DNA of 64,000 nucleotides from an uncultured Pseudomonadota bacterium (GTDB lineage Bacteria; UBA10199; JADFYH01). The notes under the pieces are model-generated. The model searched no databases. It saw only the letters and a program-made list of their open reading frames with translations, and was not told the DNA's origin. Positions within the stretch are counted from its first letter, which is position 1; every line of letters begins with the position of its first letter. A program made the translations under genes and the position numbers. This document shows, in pieces, positions 35,964-45,286 of this stretch. The stretch covers positions 27,259-91,258 of the forward strand of contig CAZKUY010000002.1 of NCBI GenBank assembly GCA_964556135.1, in the 5' to 3' direction.

Positions 35964-37388
35964 ATGATTATGTCAAAAAACGATCTAATGTTGACATTTC
36001 TCAAAATTTTCTTTTTTTGTTTGTCAATATCCCTGCTCTTTTCGGTAACACAATGCGGAGGGTCTTCAAATCAAAGCTCAATTGACCCATCCCTCTCCTC
36101 TCTAAGGTGCGGAGACGGAAGCTTAATTGGTTCAGAATCTTGCGACGATGGAAACTTAGAAAATAGCGATGGTTGCAATGCTCACTGTGCACTAGAAGTT
36201 GGAGAAGCCATTTGCGGAAACAGTGTTCTCGAAAATCAAGAATGTTGTGACGATGGAAATAATGTAGATGGAGATGGTTGCAATGGAAACTGTACTTTAG
36301 GAATTACGAATCGACCTCCTTCAGCGCCTCTTTTAACAGAACAACCTGCCGACCGATCCACATGGTCTCCTTCTCGTTTATATCTTTCGTGGTCACCGGC
36401 CATTGATCCAGACACCAATGATTCATTAACCTATGATGTTTATTTTGATGAAGGAAATGGCCTCGCGCCTAATGCAGTCCCTTATAAAACGGGAATTGCG
36501 GAAAATCATTTCATCATTCAATCATCCACCGATAATCGAGCTGCTTACTTTTCGAATACTGTTTCAGCCATTTATTTAGAACCCAATAAAACTTATTCTT
36601 GGAAAGTCTGTGCTCGTGATCGCTTTAATATCAGTTCATGCTCATCTGAAAGAATATTCAATACGGATGATTCTATAGTTGGTTGGTGGAGGTTTGATGA
36701 GGATCAAAATGGAAACTTATGTCCTTCCAATTTAGGTAAAATAGGTGCTCCAGCTGGGGATGTAGACGAAACAATTTGCGACTATTCAGGTAGAGGTAAC
36801 CATGGGTCCTTTGGTGGTCAGATTAGTATATTGCAAAATGTTGACTCTGCACTACTAGGTAAAATTGCAAATATCGAAGGCATAACTACTTTTGACTATA
36901 ATTCGAGCCTCGCACCTACATCTTTTAGCATTTCTACAACATTTAAGACATCATTGGCTTCCAATCAAAATTTATTTTGCAAGATGCTTATGTTTCAACC
37001 ACCTCCTCGAGCCATGGGTTTTATTGAATATTCAATTTCATTTTTAGGAGATGCATCTCCTTTAAGGATCAATTTCACGCTCAGTAACTCACTTCGAGAA
37101 AACGTTGCACGAAGCACCAATGCAATAATTCAATTAAACCATAGACATCGTCTTATAACCTCTTTTGATAACGAAAATAAAAAAATGGTTATATTTCTAG
37201 ATGGAAATCTTATCCTTGAAGAAATTTTACCTTCTAATTTTCAAAGAGCCAACTTTCTTCAAGATCCTACCTACATAGGTCTTTGCCCTATATATTCCTC
37301 ATTTAAAGGTGAAATTGATGATATATTTCTAACCAATAAAGCCTTTAATAGAGAAGAGATGTTAAACTACAACTTGGCTGTGCAATAA
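35964..37388 (+). CDS. Secreted protein with two N-terminal Myxococcus-type Cys-rich repeats and a C-terminal concanavalin/LamG-like domain
   Basis: Signal peptide. The repeats CGDGSLIGSESCDDGNLENSDGCNAHC and CGNSVLENQECCDDGNNVDGDGCNGNC. The C-terminal block DDIFLTNKAFNREEM is typical of LamG/pentraxin-type lectin folds. Confidence 0.7.
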   Translation: MIMSKNDLMLTFLKIFFFCLSISLLFSVTQCGGSSNQSSIDPSLSSLRCGDGSLIGSESCDDGNLENSDGCNAHCALEVGEAICGNSVLENQECCDDGNNVDGDGCNGNCTLGITNRPPSAPLLTEQPADRSTWSPSRLYLSWSPAIDPDTNDSLTYDVYFDEGNGLAPNAVPYKTGIAENHFIIQSSTDNRAAYFSNTVSAIYLEPNKTYSWKVCARDRFNISSCSSERIFNTDDSIVGWWRFDEDQNGNLCPSNLGKIGAPAGDVDETICDYSGRGNHGSFGGQISILQNVDSALLGKIANIEGITTFDYNSSLAPTSFSISTTFKTSLASNQNLFCKMLMFQPPPRAMGFIEYSISFLGDASPLRINFTLSNSLRENVARSTNAIIQLNHRHRLITSFDNENKKMVIFLDGNLILEEILPSNFQRANFLQDPTYIGLCPIYSSFKGEIDDIFLTNKAFNREEMLNYNLAVQ

Positions 37389-37443
37389 CTTAGTTAAGGG
37401 CCTAGCTATTGATCCAATACAAATATTGCTTATCGTCTCGACA

Positions 37444-38766
37444 CTAATAGGTCTTAACAGCAGCGATAGTTCCCGGTGTTGCAGTTAAAATATAAAAATC
37501 AAAGCCATTGAAATTAACTCCTGGAGTACCTGGCCTAAGTGCCATCGGCCCAGCTCCAGACCTAACCTGGGGATCAGTGTTCATGGAGAGATTAATTGGA
37601 TTACCCGATAAAACAGGAGGCGTTTGAGTTAAATCAAAAGTATATACTGAGTTAGTATTAAAGCTGGCGACATATAATCCTGTTCCTTCTCTACTCAGCA
37701 CTACGTCATCCACATAATCCGTATCTAAAGAAGAGCTTGTAACAACGAGCGGATTATTCAATCCGTGAATTAAACTTAAATTTTCGTCTAATCCTATTTC
37801 AATTACAAAACCTCCACTGGCACTACCTATAAACCCTCGCGAGCCATCAAAAGTTACAGCCCATTGCCTATAGGCAGGAGCACTATGACCAATATTTAGG
37901 TTTTTTTCCAAAGCTCCTGACAGGGGATTAATTATATTTACAAAAGCATCCGTAATCGGAATTTGATTATTATCCGTAAACTCTAAAATCCCAGAATCTG
38001 TAACCAATAGCTTGTCATTCTTTAACACTGTAATACCGGTAGTATTAAAACCGCTCGTCGCCGTGTAAAAGGTAGGAATGAGATTATTATTCTGAATATC
38101 AAAAAAACGAACAATGCCTTGAACAGCAGAAACTCCTTCCAGTTCGTAAAAAAGATTAGAAAAGCTCACTGCCACTCTCGACCCAACTACAGCGATACTC
38201 GCAGGAAATGATGGATTAAAACTTCCACTGACCACAGATGATGATCCATCTGTATTTCTTTTTTGGAGGGGAGAAGTTAAACTAACAGAACCTGCCAGAT
38301 CTAACAGAGTATACACTGTGCCGGTTGTTGGATTAAAAAAAACAATCTTACCACCTGTAGGAAAATTGGAAGTCAGTAATAAGGCATGACTCGCATCAAT
38401 GACCTCAAGATTATTCACATATCCCAAGTCAGAATTAACAGGCAATGAAGGTAATCCCACAACTGTACTTGAGAGTCCTATTGGGTTCGAGTTTAAATCT
38501 AGTGCTAGCACAACGCCGGCGGTAGAACTTGTAGTGATAAATGCTATATTTTCTAAACCCGGCTTATCAACTATATCAATATCAACCGGCGAACTACCTA
38601 TGTTGAATGCTTGTGGTACCACCTCACCAAAAACTGGTGCACTTGGCAATTCCTCTCCAGGGTTTGTCACCACCCCACTTCCCCCACAAGCCCCCATAAA
38701 ATAGAAACTAGCTAAAGCGCTTAAAGCGAGCAGATTTCTTCGAAATGTTTTTGGTTTTGATTTCAT
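37444..38766 (-). CDS. Lipoprotein with repetitive beta-rich (propeller-like) architecture, last gene of the riboswitch-controlled operon
   Basis: The internal ATG (MKSKPKTFRRNLLALSALASFYFMGACGG) gives a lipoprotein signal and abuts the upstream gene without overlap. It has repeated hydrophobic beta-strand blocks. Confidence 0.6.
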   Translation of the reverse strand: MKSKPKTFRRNLLALSALASFYFMGACGGSGVVTNPGEELPSAPVFGEVVPQAFNIGSSPVDIDIVDKPGLENIAFITTSSTAGVVLALDLNSNPIGLSSTVVGLPSLPVNSDLGYVNNLEVIDASHALLLTSNFPTGGKIVFFNPTTGTVYTLLDLAGSVSLTSPLQKRNTDGSSSVVSGSFNPSFPASIAVVGSRVAVSFSNLFYELEGVSAVQGIVRFFDIQNNNLIPTFYTATSGFNTTGITVLKNDKLLVTDSGILEFTDNNQIPITDAFVNIINPLSGALEKNLNIGHSAPAYRQWAVTFDGSRGFIGSASGGFVIEIGLDENLSLIHGLNNPLVVTSSSLDTDYVDDVVLSREGTGLYVASFNTNSVYTFDLTQTPPVLSGNPINLSMNTDPQVRSGAGPMALRPGTPGVNFNGFDFYILTATPGTIAAVKTY

Positions 38767-38767
38767 T

Positions 38768-39385
38768 TTAATTTCTCCTTGTTTGATTGATGCAGTCTTC
38801 CGCTTCTTGAGCTGCCACTGCATCGAAGTAAATCGTGGTCACTGCGTAAGTGGAGTGACGACGATCATTGATTTCTTCACAACGTTCTCTGCTCACTGGT
38901 AAATTTGTTCTTCTACGAAAGGATGTTTCTTCTGACCCAGGCCATCCCCATATCACCGACAAACCACCCATCCATACTTGCCGCGCCTCTTCTTGGAGGG
39001 GAATTGAAAAAACTTCAGCGCCTCCTCGCGCAAAAACAGAAAAGCCTAAATTTTGATCTTCATTTGGAAACCAAATATAGGCCGCTTCAAGGCGATAAAG
39101 AGTGGAAGGATTGCCGGCTCCCGTCACATCTCCACCTACAGAAGCTTCCATTTGAAAAGCATGATGACGATTGAAATAATGACGGTAGCCGAGGTTAAAG
39201 AATAGGGAACTTCGATGTCCCTCTGGACTCCATAAATCCTGAGCAAAACTCGCACCCGCCCGAAAACCCCGAGTCTCCCCTCGGACTCCAAATTCAAGCT
39301 CTCCGCGGAAAGGTTGCGCATTGAACAAAAATGCCGCATTGATTTCTAAACGATAAGGATCATTTACTGTTGGCATGGGATTCAT
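38768..39385 (-). CDS. Hypothetical beta-rich protein, no signal peptide detected
   Basis: ORF tightly packed between two lipoprotein genes (12 nt and 1 nt gaps). Alternating aromatic/hydrophilic pattern. Confidence 0.45.
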   Translation of the reverse strand: MNPMPTVNDPYRLEINAAFLFNAQPFRGELEFGVRGETRGFRAGASFAQDLWSPEGHRSSLFFNLGYRHYFNRHHAFQMEASVGGDVTGAGNPSTLYRLEAAYIWFPNEDQNLGFSVFARGGAEVFSIPLQEEARQVWMGGLSVIWGWPGSEETSFRRRTNLPVSRERCEEINDRRHSTYAVTTIYFDAVAAQEAEDCINQTRRN

Positions 39386-39396
39386 AGTTAGTTAGC

Positions 39397-40692
39397 TCAC
39401 TGATGAATAATTGAAATTGCATCTAAATCAAAGCCCGCGGATCCGCCTCCGCCCCCGGCGCCTCGATCCGTTATTTTAATAAAGAGTGCCCAGTCTAAGT
39501 TGAGGAACTCTAAGTCAAAGGCATCTCCTCCTGCGACCGCGGGATCTCTCGGGTCAATCATGTTTGAATCAGGGTTTGCGAGGGTGGGATGAACCCCTGC
39601 ACATCCCGGAAAACGTCCTGCCGCATTTCCAGAATCGCAGGGGAAATCTTCAAAAAGCACGCCGTCCTGACTCACAGACACTTGCCCAGGTTCAGCGAAA
39701 ATGTTCATGGGATTTCCACCCACATAAAATGCATTTTCAAAGACGATGAAGTCAGCACCGGGGCCATTAAGAATAGGCGTGGCAGAACGTAAGATGATTT
39801 GTCCTCCCGCACCTAGTGACAAAACGTCTAGCCCCCCAATAGAGATGCCATTGCTGTGGGGTGGGCCTAAAACGACTTCCGGAAAACGGCCCTGACCAAA
39901 ACCAGCACCCGATCCTGGATTAAACTGCACCACTTCATCCACATAAGGATCCGAAGCAACAGAAGGAGGTCGGCCCGGTGCAGGTGGAAGACCGCAAACA
40001 TTCTCTAAACCGCCACCACCGCAACTTTCCCCTGCTTCCGAACAAGTTCCACAATTTAAATTGGCTCCACAACCATCTGAAATGCTGCCACAATTTTTTC
40101 CTTGGGATTCGCAAGACCTTGGCACGCAAACCGGGGCGACTGAGCCGCATACATTCATCACACCTTCACCTCCGCAAGTATCTCCACCCGAACAGTTCCC
40201 GCAGGAAATGAAATAGCCACAGCCATCCGGAATAGTTCCGCAATTTTTTCCCTCGGATTCGCAAGTGATCGCAACACAAGAAGGCGAAGGCGGTTCTTGA
40301 CGCGGGATTGACACAGTGGGTGATAAACTATGACGCACGGCCTCTGTTTCTACGATGAAGTAATAACTGGTCTTTGAATTATAAGCACCTACCAGGAAAC
40401 GCGCTTCTCCATTGACTCGCAACCTTCCAGGTTCCGTAAAAAATCCAACATCTGGAGCTGCGCAAAACCACGTTAAATTTTCAGTGATATTTCCGCGCGC
40501 TTCAAAATCTATGACATCCCCATTGCTCACTTCGAGTTTTTGTAAGGGAGTGTTTTCGCCTTTTTTGTAAATTTGAAAGGCTTCAGCACTCAAAGAAGCA
40601 TCAGGTTCTTCCGCATTATTTTGAGGAGTTTGTCCACCTCCGCAAGAAACTAGGAAAAGCATCATCCCTAATAATAAGTATTTTTTCTTCAT
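39397..40692 (-). CDS. Lipoprotein with a distinct tandem Cys-rich repeat (CESxGKNCGxIxDGCGxxxxCGxCSxxGxxCGG) and a C-terminal Gly-rich domain
   Basis: The internal ATG (MKKKYLLLGMMLFLVSCGG) gives a lipobox and abuts the TBDR gene. Two or three ~46-aa Cys repeats are also visible as DNA repeats around 40000-40260. Confidence 0.65.
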   Translation of the reverse strand: MKKKYLLLGMMLFLVSCGGGQTPQNNAEEPDASLSAEAFQIYKKGENTPLQKLEVSNGDVIDFEARGNITENLTWFCAAPDVGFFTEPGRLRVNGEARFLVGAYNSKTSYYFIVETEAVRHSLSPTVSIPRQEPPSPSCVAITCESEGKNCGTIPDGCGYFISCGNCSGGDTCGGEGVMNVCGSVAPVCVPRSCESQGKNCGSISDGCGANLNCGTCSEAGESCGGGGLENVCGLPPAPGRPPSVASDPYVDEVVQFNPGSGAGFGQGRFPEVVLGPPHSNGISIGGLDVLSLGAGGQIILRSATPILNGPGADFIVFENAFYVGGNPMNIFAEPGQVSVSQDGVLFEDFPCDSGNAAGRFPGCAGVHPTLANPDSNMIDPRDPAVAGGDAFDLEFLNLDWALFIKITDRGAGGGGGSAGFDLDAISIIHQ

Positions 40693-42668
40693 ATTCTGAC
40701 TCCTAAAGTCGCGAGCGCTGAGAGACGAGGCAAGGGAAAGCCTCGCGCATCCAGCATTTGGATGTTGTTGACGTCCTTCACTTCCACAGCGAAGTGCCAA
40801 TATTTTAAAAAGTCTAAAGTCATACCCACATTCACTTGGGCTCGCGCTCTCAAGAAAGTGGTGTTTTGAAAATCAATCGGAAGATCATCGATGAATTGTA
40901 AAGTTCCGAAGAGGGAACCCCATTTATTTTTTAATGTCAGAGTGGCATTGAGTTTTTGCCGGGGTCGACCGGGTAACTGTTGGCCCGTGCTCACGAGTTC
41001 CGCATGTAAATAGGTATAGTTCGCGGTAAAATCTAAATGCTGCCAGGGTGTTACAGTGGTGCTGACTTCAAGACCATAAGTATTCACCCGATCGGTGTTC
41101 ACTGGAGCAATCGTAAAGGGATTGATTGGGACATAAATAATCGAGTTATTGATTCGATTATAAAAAAAGCTCACTTCGTGACTTCCATATTTATGGAGGA
41201 AATTTGCGCCTATATCAAAATTGAGAGCGGATTCGGGTCTTAAGTTAGGGTTACCGCGGATAATCCCTTCATTCGGAAAATAAAGTTCGTTGAAGTTCGG
41301 ATAGCGGAATGAGTTTTCGATATTAGTTTTGAGAATCATCCAAGAATAAGGTTTGCCTCGCAAACCAAGGTGGCCTGAAACCTTAGAACCAAAATCGTTG
41401 GTATGCTCATAGCGAACAGCCGGATTCACCATGAGCCTATCGTCTAAAAAAGAGGCTTCATCGGAGCCGTAAACTCCATTGGTTGTTCGAGCATGAAAAC
41501 CTGGGACGGGATTTCCGAGAGGACTGGAGTTATTGAATAATTCTCTCTTAATTTCATAATTGAATTTAAACAACTGGACCGCAGGCCCGGTCTTGGCTGA
41601 ATAATCCCAGGCCATTTGTCCGCCAAAGACTTGATCATAATTTTTCACGTCGATGGGTCCGCCAATCGAGGGACTCACATCGGTGAAGTGACTATATTCA
41701 TAGCGATAAAAGGGCTGGAGGTGAAGATTGAGTCCTTTAACTCCGACATCTTCGAGATCCGCCTTAAATGTCGTATAATTTTTTAAAAGATTTTCTCGAG
41801 CTTCGGGCAAATTGGAAGGACTAAAGAGAATCACTTCATCTTCGGTGGGAGGAACTTGGCGATGAGAACCAAACCAATCCGTGGTCAAAGAAAGATGAAG
41901 TTTTTTTGTAGGGTCTCCCTCCAATTTCAAGAGACCGTTTTCACTCCAGAAGGAATTGTTTTCGCGAATATATTCTTGTCCTCCACCAATAGGAACGCCT
42001 CCAATAATGGTAGGAGTGGTAATAAAACTAAAATCCCCGGCACTTTGAAGATGAGTTTGATTGAACAATATAGACCAATCTTTAAACTGTCTTGAATAAC
42101 CAAGATTTTCTTTAAGAGTTTGGAAAGAACCACCGCCGCCATTTAATTCGAAACTTTGCTTCTTCTTGGCTCGCTTTGTAATAATGTTCACCACACCACC
42201 AATCGCATCGGAACCAAATTGAGTGGTGACACCTCCACGAATAATTTCAATGCGATCAATGGCATCTAAAGGAATAGAAGAAAAATCAACGGCTCCGCCT
42301 TGAGATGTGTTCAGTTTCACTCCATCGAGCAAAACAGTCACTTGCTCCGCAGTACTTCCACGAATGCTGATGGTGGAATATTGGCCAAGGCCCCCATACT
42401 GCTGAACATTGACGCCGACTTGTTGAGAAAGAATTTCAGGGAGAGTTTTGACTTTATTCACGAAGGGTTTAGGATCGATGATGTTGACGAAACCAGAAGG
42501 TTTGGCCGCAGCCTCTTGATCGGTCGGAGCAATGACTTCGATTTCACCCAAATCTTGAGTGTCGACTTCTTCTGCGGACACAATAGAAAAGCCATCCTTT
42601 TCTAAAGGCGCAAAAGTACATCCAAAAATAAAAATAGCCGCACATAGGGCGGCTTTCATAGGCTTCAT
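40689..42668 (-). CDS. TonB-dependent outer-membrane receptor (BtuB-like by context)
   Basis: Signal peptide, TonB-box-like EIEVIAP, plug-domain motifs (IEIIRGG, GGVVNIITK) and a C-terminal barrel ending ...LGVRI. The start was chosen at ATG 42668, since the ORF-track start at 42716 is TTG. Confidence 0.85.
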   Translation of the reverse strand: MKPMKAALCAAIFIFGCTFAPLEKDGFSIVSAEEVDTQDLGEIEVIAPTDQEAAAKPSGFVNIIDPKPFVNKVKTLPEILSQQVGVNVQQYGGLGQYSTISIRGSTAEQVTVLLDGVKLNTSQGGAVDFSSIPLDAIDRIEIIRGGVTTQFGSDAIGGVVNIITKRAKKKQSFELNGGGGSFQTLKENLGYSRQFKDWSILFNQTHLQSAGDFSFITTPTIIGGVPIGGGQEYIRENNSFWSENGLLKLEGDPTKKLHLSLTTDWFGSHRQVPPTEDEVILFSPSNLPEARENLLKNYTTFKADLEDVGVKGLNLHLQPFYRYEYSHFTDVSPSIGGPIDVKNYDQVFGGQMAWDYSAKTGPAVQLFKFNYEIKRELFNNSSPLGNPVPGFHARTTNGVYGSDEASFLDDRLMVNPAVRYEHTNDFGSKVSGHLGLRGKPYSWMILKTNIENSFRYPNFNELYFPNEGIIRGNPNLRPESALNFDIGANFLHKYGSHEVSFFYNRINNSIIYVPINPFTIAPVNTDRVNTYGLEVSTTVTPWQHLDFTANYTYLHAELVSTGQQLPGRPRQKLNATLTLKNKWGSLFGTLQFIDDLPIDFQNTTFLRARAQVNVGMTLDFLKYWHFAVEVKDVNNIQMLDARGFPLPRLSALATLGVRI

Positions 42669-42714
42669 CTGCCACCGCTCTTTCCTCGAAGAGTGTGAAT
42701 AAATTTGAATCACC

Positions 42715-42848
42715 AAGCAAACAGGTTTCCTGACTCAGGGCTGACAACCTTTTCTAGCCTTCCCATGGCCGAAGGCAACAGTGACTAGAAAACCTAAACC
42801 CTTTACAGTGGCGGGACCGTCGCAGACTTTCACTGCGTTCCCTTATTT
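42715..42848 (-). promoter_or_regulatory. Cobalamin (B12) riboswitch in the 5' leader of the TBDR operon
   Basis: The transcribed strand reads ...GGGAAcgcaGTGAAAgTCtgcgaCgGtCCCGCCACTGTaaa...GGAAGG...GCCctGAgtcAGGAaACCTG. These are the GGTGAAA-TCC and B12-box (GCCACTG) blocks of the cobalamin riboswitch consensus, in the right order and spacing, 50-180 nt upstream of the receptor start. Confidence 0.75.
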
Positions 42849-42870
42849 ACTTGGTATACAAGTGAGGCGG

Positions 42871-42899
42871 CATTAACAGCCTTCGTTTCCAACTGTCAA
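42871..42899 (-). promoter_or_regulatory. Candidate sigma70-type promoter for the riboswitch-TBDR operon
   Basis: TTGACA (revcomp of 42894..42899), a 17-nt spacer, then a weak -10 TTAATG (revcomp of 42871..42876). Confidence 0.3.
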
Positions 42900-42909
42900 T
42901 GTAGAAAAT

Positions 42910-43929
42910 CTATTTTCTTCTTTCGATCACGTAATCGGCAAGCTGCAGAAGTGCAGATTTGACAGGACCATCAGGATAAGGAGCTAAATCTCCTTTTGCT
43001 TTTTGAATATACTCCATCGCTTTTTGGCGAGTGTAGCTAAGACCTTGATATTTATCGATAAGTGAAACTATATCCGTTAAATCTTCTTGGTGCGCTAAAG
43101 TGTTTTCGAGAGCTTTCTTTATTCTTTCTCGCTCAGGTGCCAAACAAAGCTTCATTGTATGAATTAAAGGAAGGGTCATTTTGCCTTCTTTGAGGTCGGT
43201 CCCAATGAGCTTACCCATTTCTTCATTGGAAGAGGCATAATCTAAAGAATCATCTGCCAACTGAAAAGCCATTCCGATATGATAACCGTAATGACGAAGC
43301 CTTTCCTGATCCGCTTCAGAAGCGCGACCTAACAAGGCGCCCACATGTGTAGCAGCACCAATGAGTCGAGCTGTTTTAAAATGGATTATTTGTAGGTAAC
43401 TTTCTTCACTGAGAGCAAAATCATTCGATTTTACAATTTCAAGGACTTCGCCTTCAGTGGTTTCAGCAGTCGCACGGGTGATGACATCTAAAACTTTAAA
43501 ATCGCCATCGTCTGAAATAATTAAGGTCGCCTTACAGTAAAGATAATCTCCAACGAGCACACTCGCGGTGTTTCCCCATAAGGCATTTGAAGAAGCTTTT
43601 CCTCGACGTAAGCTCGCACTATCAATGACATCGTCATGGAGCAAGGTTGCTGTATGAATGAATTCCAAGGCACAAGCCAATTTTACAGCACGATCTCCTT
43701 GATAACCAAAAAGTCTGGAAGCCAAAATGCAAAGGACAGGACGCAGCCTCTTACCACCCGAATGGACGATATGAGAAGCCACTTGAGTCACCATTTCAAC
43801 GGGAGAATAAAGCTTGGCATGGAGAAACTCCTCCACCTTTTCCAGCTCTTTGCGAATGGGCAGACAAATGTCTTCAATAGAGACTTGAGGCATGCATTTG
43901 CGATACCTCGGAGGGAAATTTAAAGTCAA
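42910..43929 (-). CDS. ispB: Long-chain polyprenyl-diphosphate synthase (octaprenyl/solanesyl type)
   Basis: Asp-rich motifs LLHDDVIDSASLRRG and FQLADDSLD. The true start may be the internal MPQVSI at 43893. Confidence 0.85.
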   Translation of the reverse strand: MTLNFPPRYRKCMPQVSIEDICLPIRKELEKVEEFLHAKLYSPVEMVTQVASHIVHSGGKRLRPVLCILASRLFGYQGDRAVKLACALEFIHTATLLHDDVIDSASLRRGKASSNALWGNTASVLVGDYLYCKATLIISDDGDFKVLDVITRATAETTEGEVLEIVKSNDFALSEESYLQIIHFKTARLIGAATHVGALLGRASEADQERLRHYGYHIGMAFQLADDSLDYASSNEEMGKLIGTDLKEGKMTLPLIHTMKLCLAPERERIKKALENTLAHQEDLTDIVSLIDKYQGLSYTRQKAMEYIQKAKGDLAPYPDGPVKSALLQLADYVIERRK

Positions 43930-43965
43930 AAGAATTATTGGACTTACAAAGGCAATTTTTAAGAC

Positions 43966-44409
43966 TTATTCTTGGACTGAAAAATCAAAGACATTGTCGT
44001 TATTTTCAACGTAACCAGCGACATCTGCCGCTTGCTTGCGTCCCATCGAACAATTCCCGTCAAAAACGGCGCCTTCTTGCACTACCAAAGCGGGTGCTGT
44101 GATATCTCCATAGACTTCCGCCGGAGGATACATTTCGATGCGAGTCCGCGCATGAATGGTTCCATTCACTTTGCCACGGATGCTCACGCAATCCACTTCG
44201 ATTTTACCTTCAACTTCTGCCCCTTCGCCAATCACCAAAATGCCATCGGAAAAAATTTCTCCACGAAAGGCGCCATTGATTTGTACGCTGCCCTCAAAAG
44301 TTAGCTTTCCTTCAAAGCGACATCCTCGATCTAAAAGGGTTGTAGGGTTTTCATTAATGACTCGCAAAGATCTTTCTCTATCACCACCAAACATAGCGAC
44401 TCCTCCCAA
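43966..44409 (-). CDS. Bactofilin (DUF583) cytoskeletal protein
   Basis: Repeating G-x-hydrophobic beta-helix pattern (GKLTFEGSVQINGAFRGEIFSDGILVIGEGAEVEGKIEVDCVSIRGKVNGTIHA). Lies immediately downstream of parB. Confidence 0.75.
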   Translation of the reverse strand: MGGVAMFGGDRERSLRVINENPTTLLDRGCRFEGKLTFEGSVQINGAFRGEIFSDGILVIGEGAEVEGKIEVDCVSIRGKVNGTIHARTRIEMYPPAEVYGDITAPALVVQEGAVFDGNCSMGRKQAADVAGYVENNDNVFDFSVQE

Positions 44410-44417
44410 TTGGGAAA

Positions 44418-45275
44418 TTACCCCATTATAGCGTTAAAAATTCTATCTAAATCTTCTTGAGAATAATAATCGATAATAACTTTGCCTTTTTTTCCTTGGC
44501 CCTTAATCTTCACTTTAGTTCCTAGAATTTTTGTCATTTCGTTTTCTAAGAAATTCAATTGAGGATCCAAACTTTTTGTTTTCACAAGTTTTTCAACTTG
44601 TACGCCTTCGCGCATTTTCTTAACCCAACCTTCAATCTCACGAACAGACAATCCCTCTTGGACGACACGGCGGGCTAATTTAACGCGCATATCTTCGTCT
44701 TCAATACCTAGCAAAGAACGTGCATGCCCCATCGAAACTTTACCTTCAATAATGTAACCGCGAATTTCTTCGGGTAGATTTAAAAGTCGAACAGTGTTCG
44801 CGACCGAAGAACGATCTTTACCTACTCTTTTAGAACACTCTTCCTGAGTATAGCGATAACGATCCATCAATTGTTTGTAAGCAAGAGCTTCTTCGATAGG
44901 ATTTAAATCTTCTCTCTGAATATTTTCAATAAGGGCTAATTCTAAGCAATGATCCGAGTCCGACTCAATAATCACAACAGGCACTTGCTCAAGCCCAACG
45001 ATTCGAGAGGCTTTCAGACGACGTTCCCCAGCAATCAGTTCTAATTGATCACCCTCTAATTTTCGCACGATGAGGGGTTGAATAATTCCATTTTCTCGGA
45101 TGGAATCCGCCAATTCATCCAATGCATCTTTCGCAAAAAGCTTTCGAGGTTGTTCGCGGTTGGCAACAATCTTATTGATATCGCAAAGCAGATAAGGCGA
45201 ACTTTCGGTCTTCTTTTCCGCAGAGGGTGGAATCAAAGACGCCAAACCTCTCCCTAAAGCTTTTTGTTGAAACAT
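44418..45275 (-). CDS. parB: Chromosome partitioning protein ParB
   Basis: ParB box GERRLKASR and an HTH region. Confidence 0.9.
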   Translation of the reverse strand: MFQQKALGRGLASLIPPSAEKKTESSPYLLCDINKIVANREQPRKLFAKDALDELADSIRENGIIQPLIVRKLEGDQLELIAGERRLKASRIVGLEQVPVVIIESDSDHCLELALIENIQREDLNPIEEALAYKQLMDRYRYTQEECSKRVGKDRSSVANTVRLLNLPEEIRGYIIEGKVSMGHARSLLGIEDEDMRVKLARRVVQEGLSVREIEGWVKKMREGVQVEKLVKTKSLDPQLNFLENEMTKILGTKVKIKGQGKKGKVIIDYYSQEDLDRIFNAIMG

Positions 45276-45286
45276 ACACCCTCCCC

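Noticed and set aside
38768-38823. Apparent 56-nt overlap between the 205-aa ORF and the downstream lipoprotein ORF
   Set aside because: It is resolved by using the internal ATG at 38766 that begins the lipoprotein signal peptide. With that start the genes abut without overlap.
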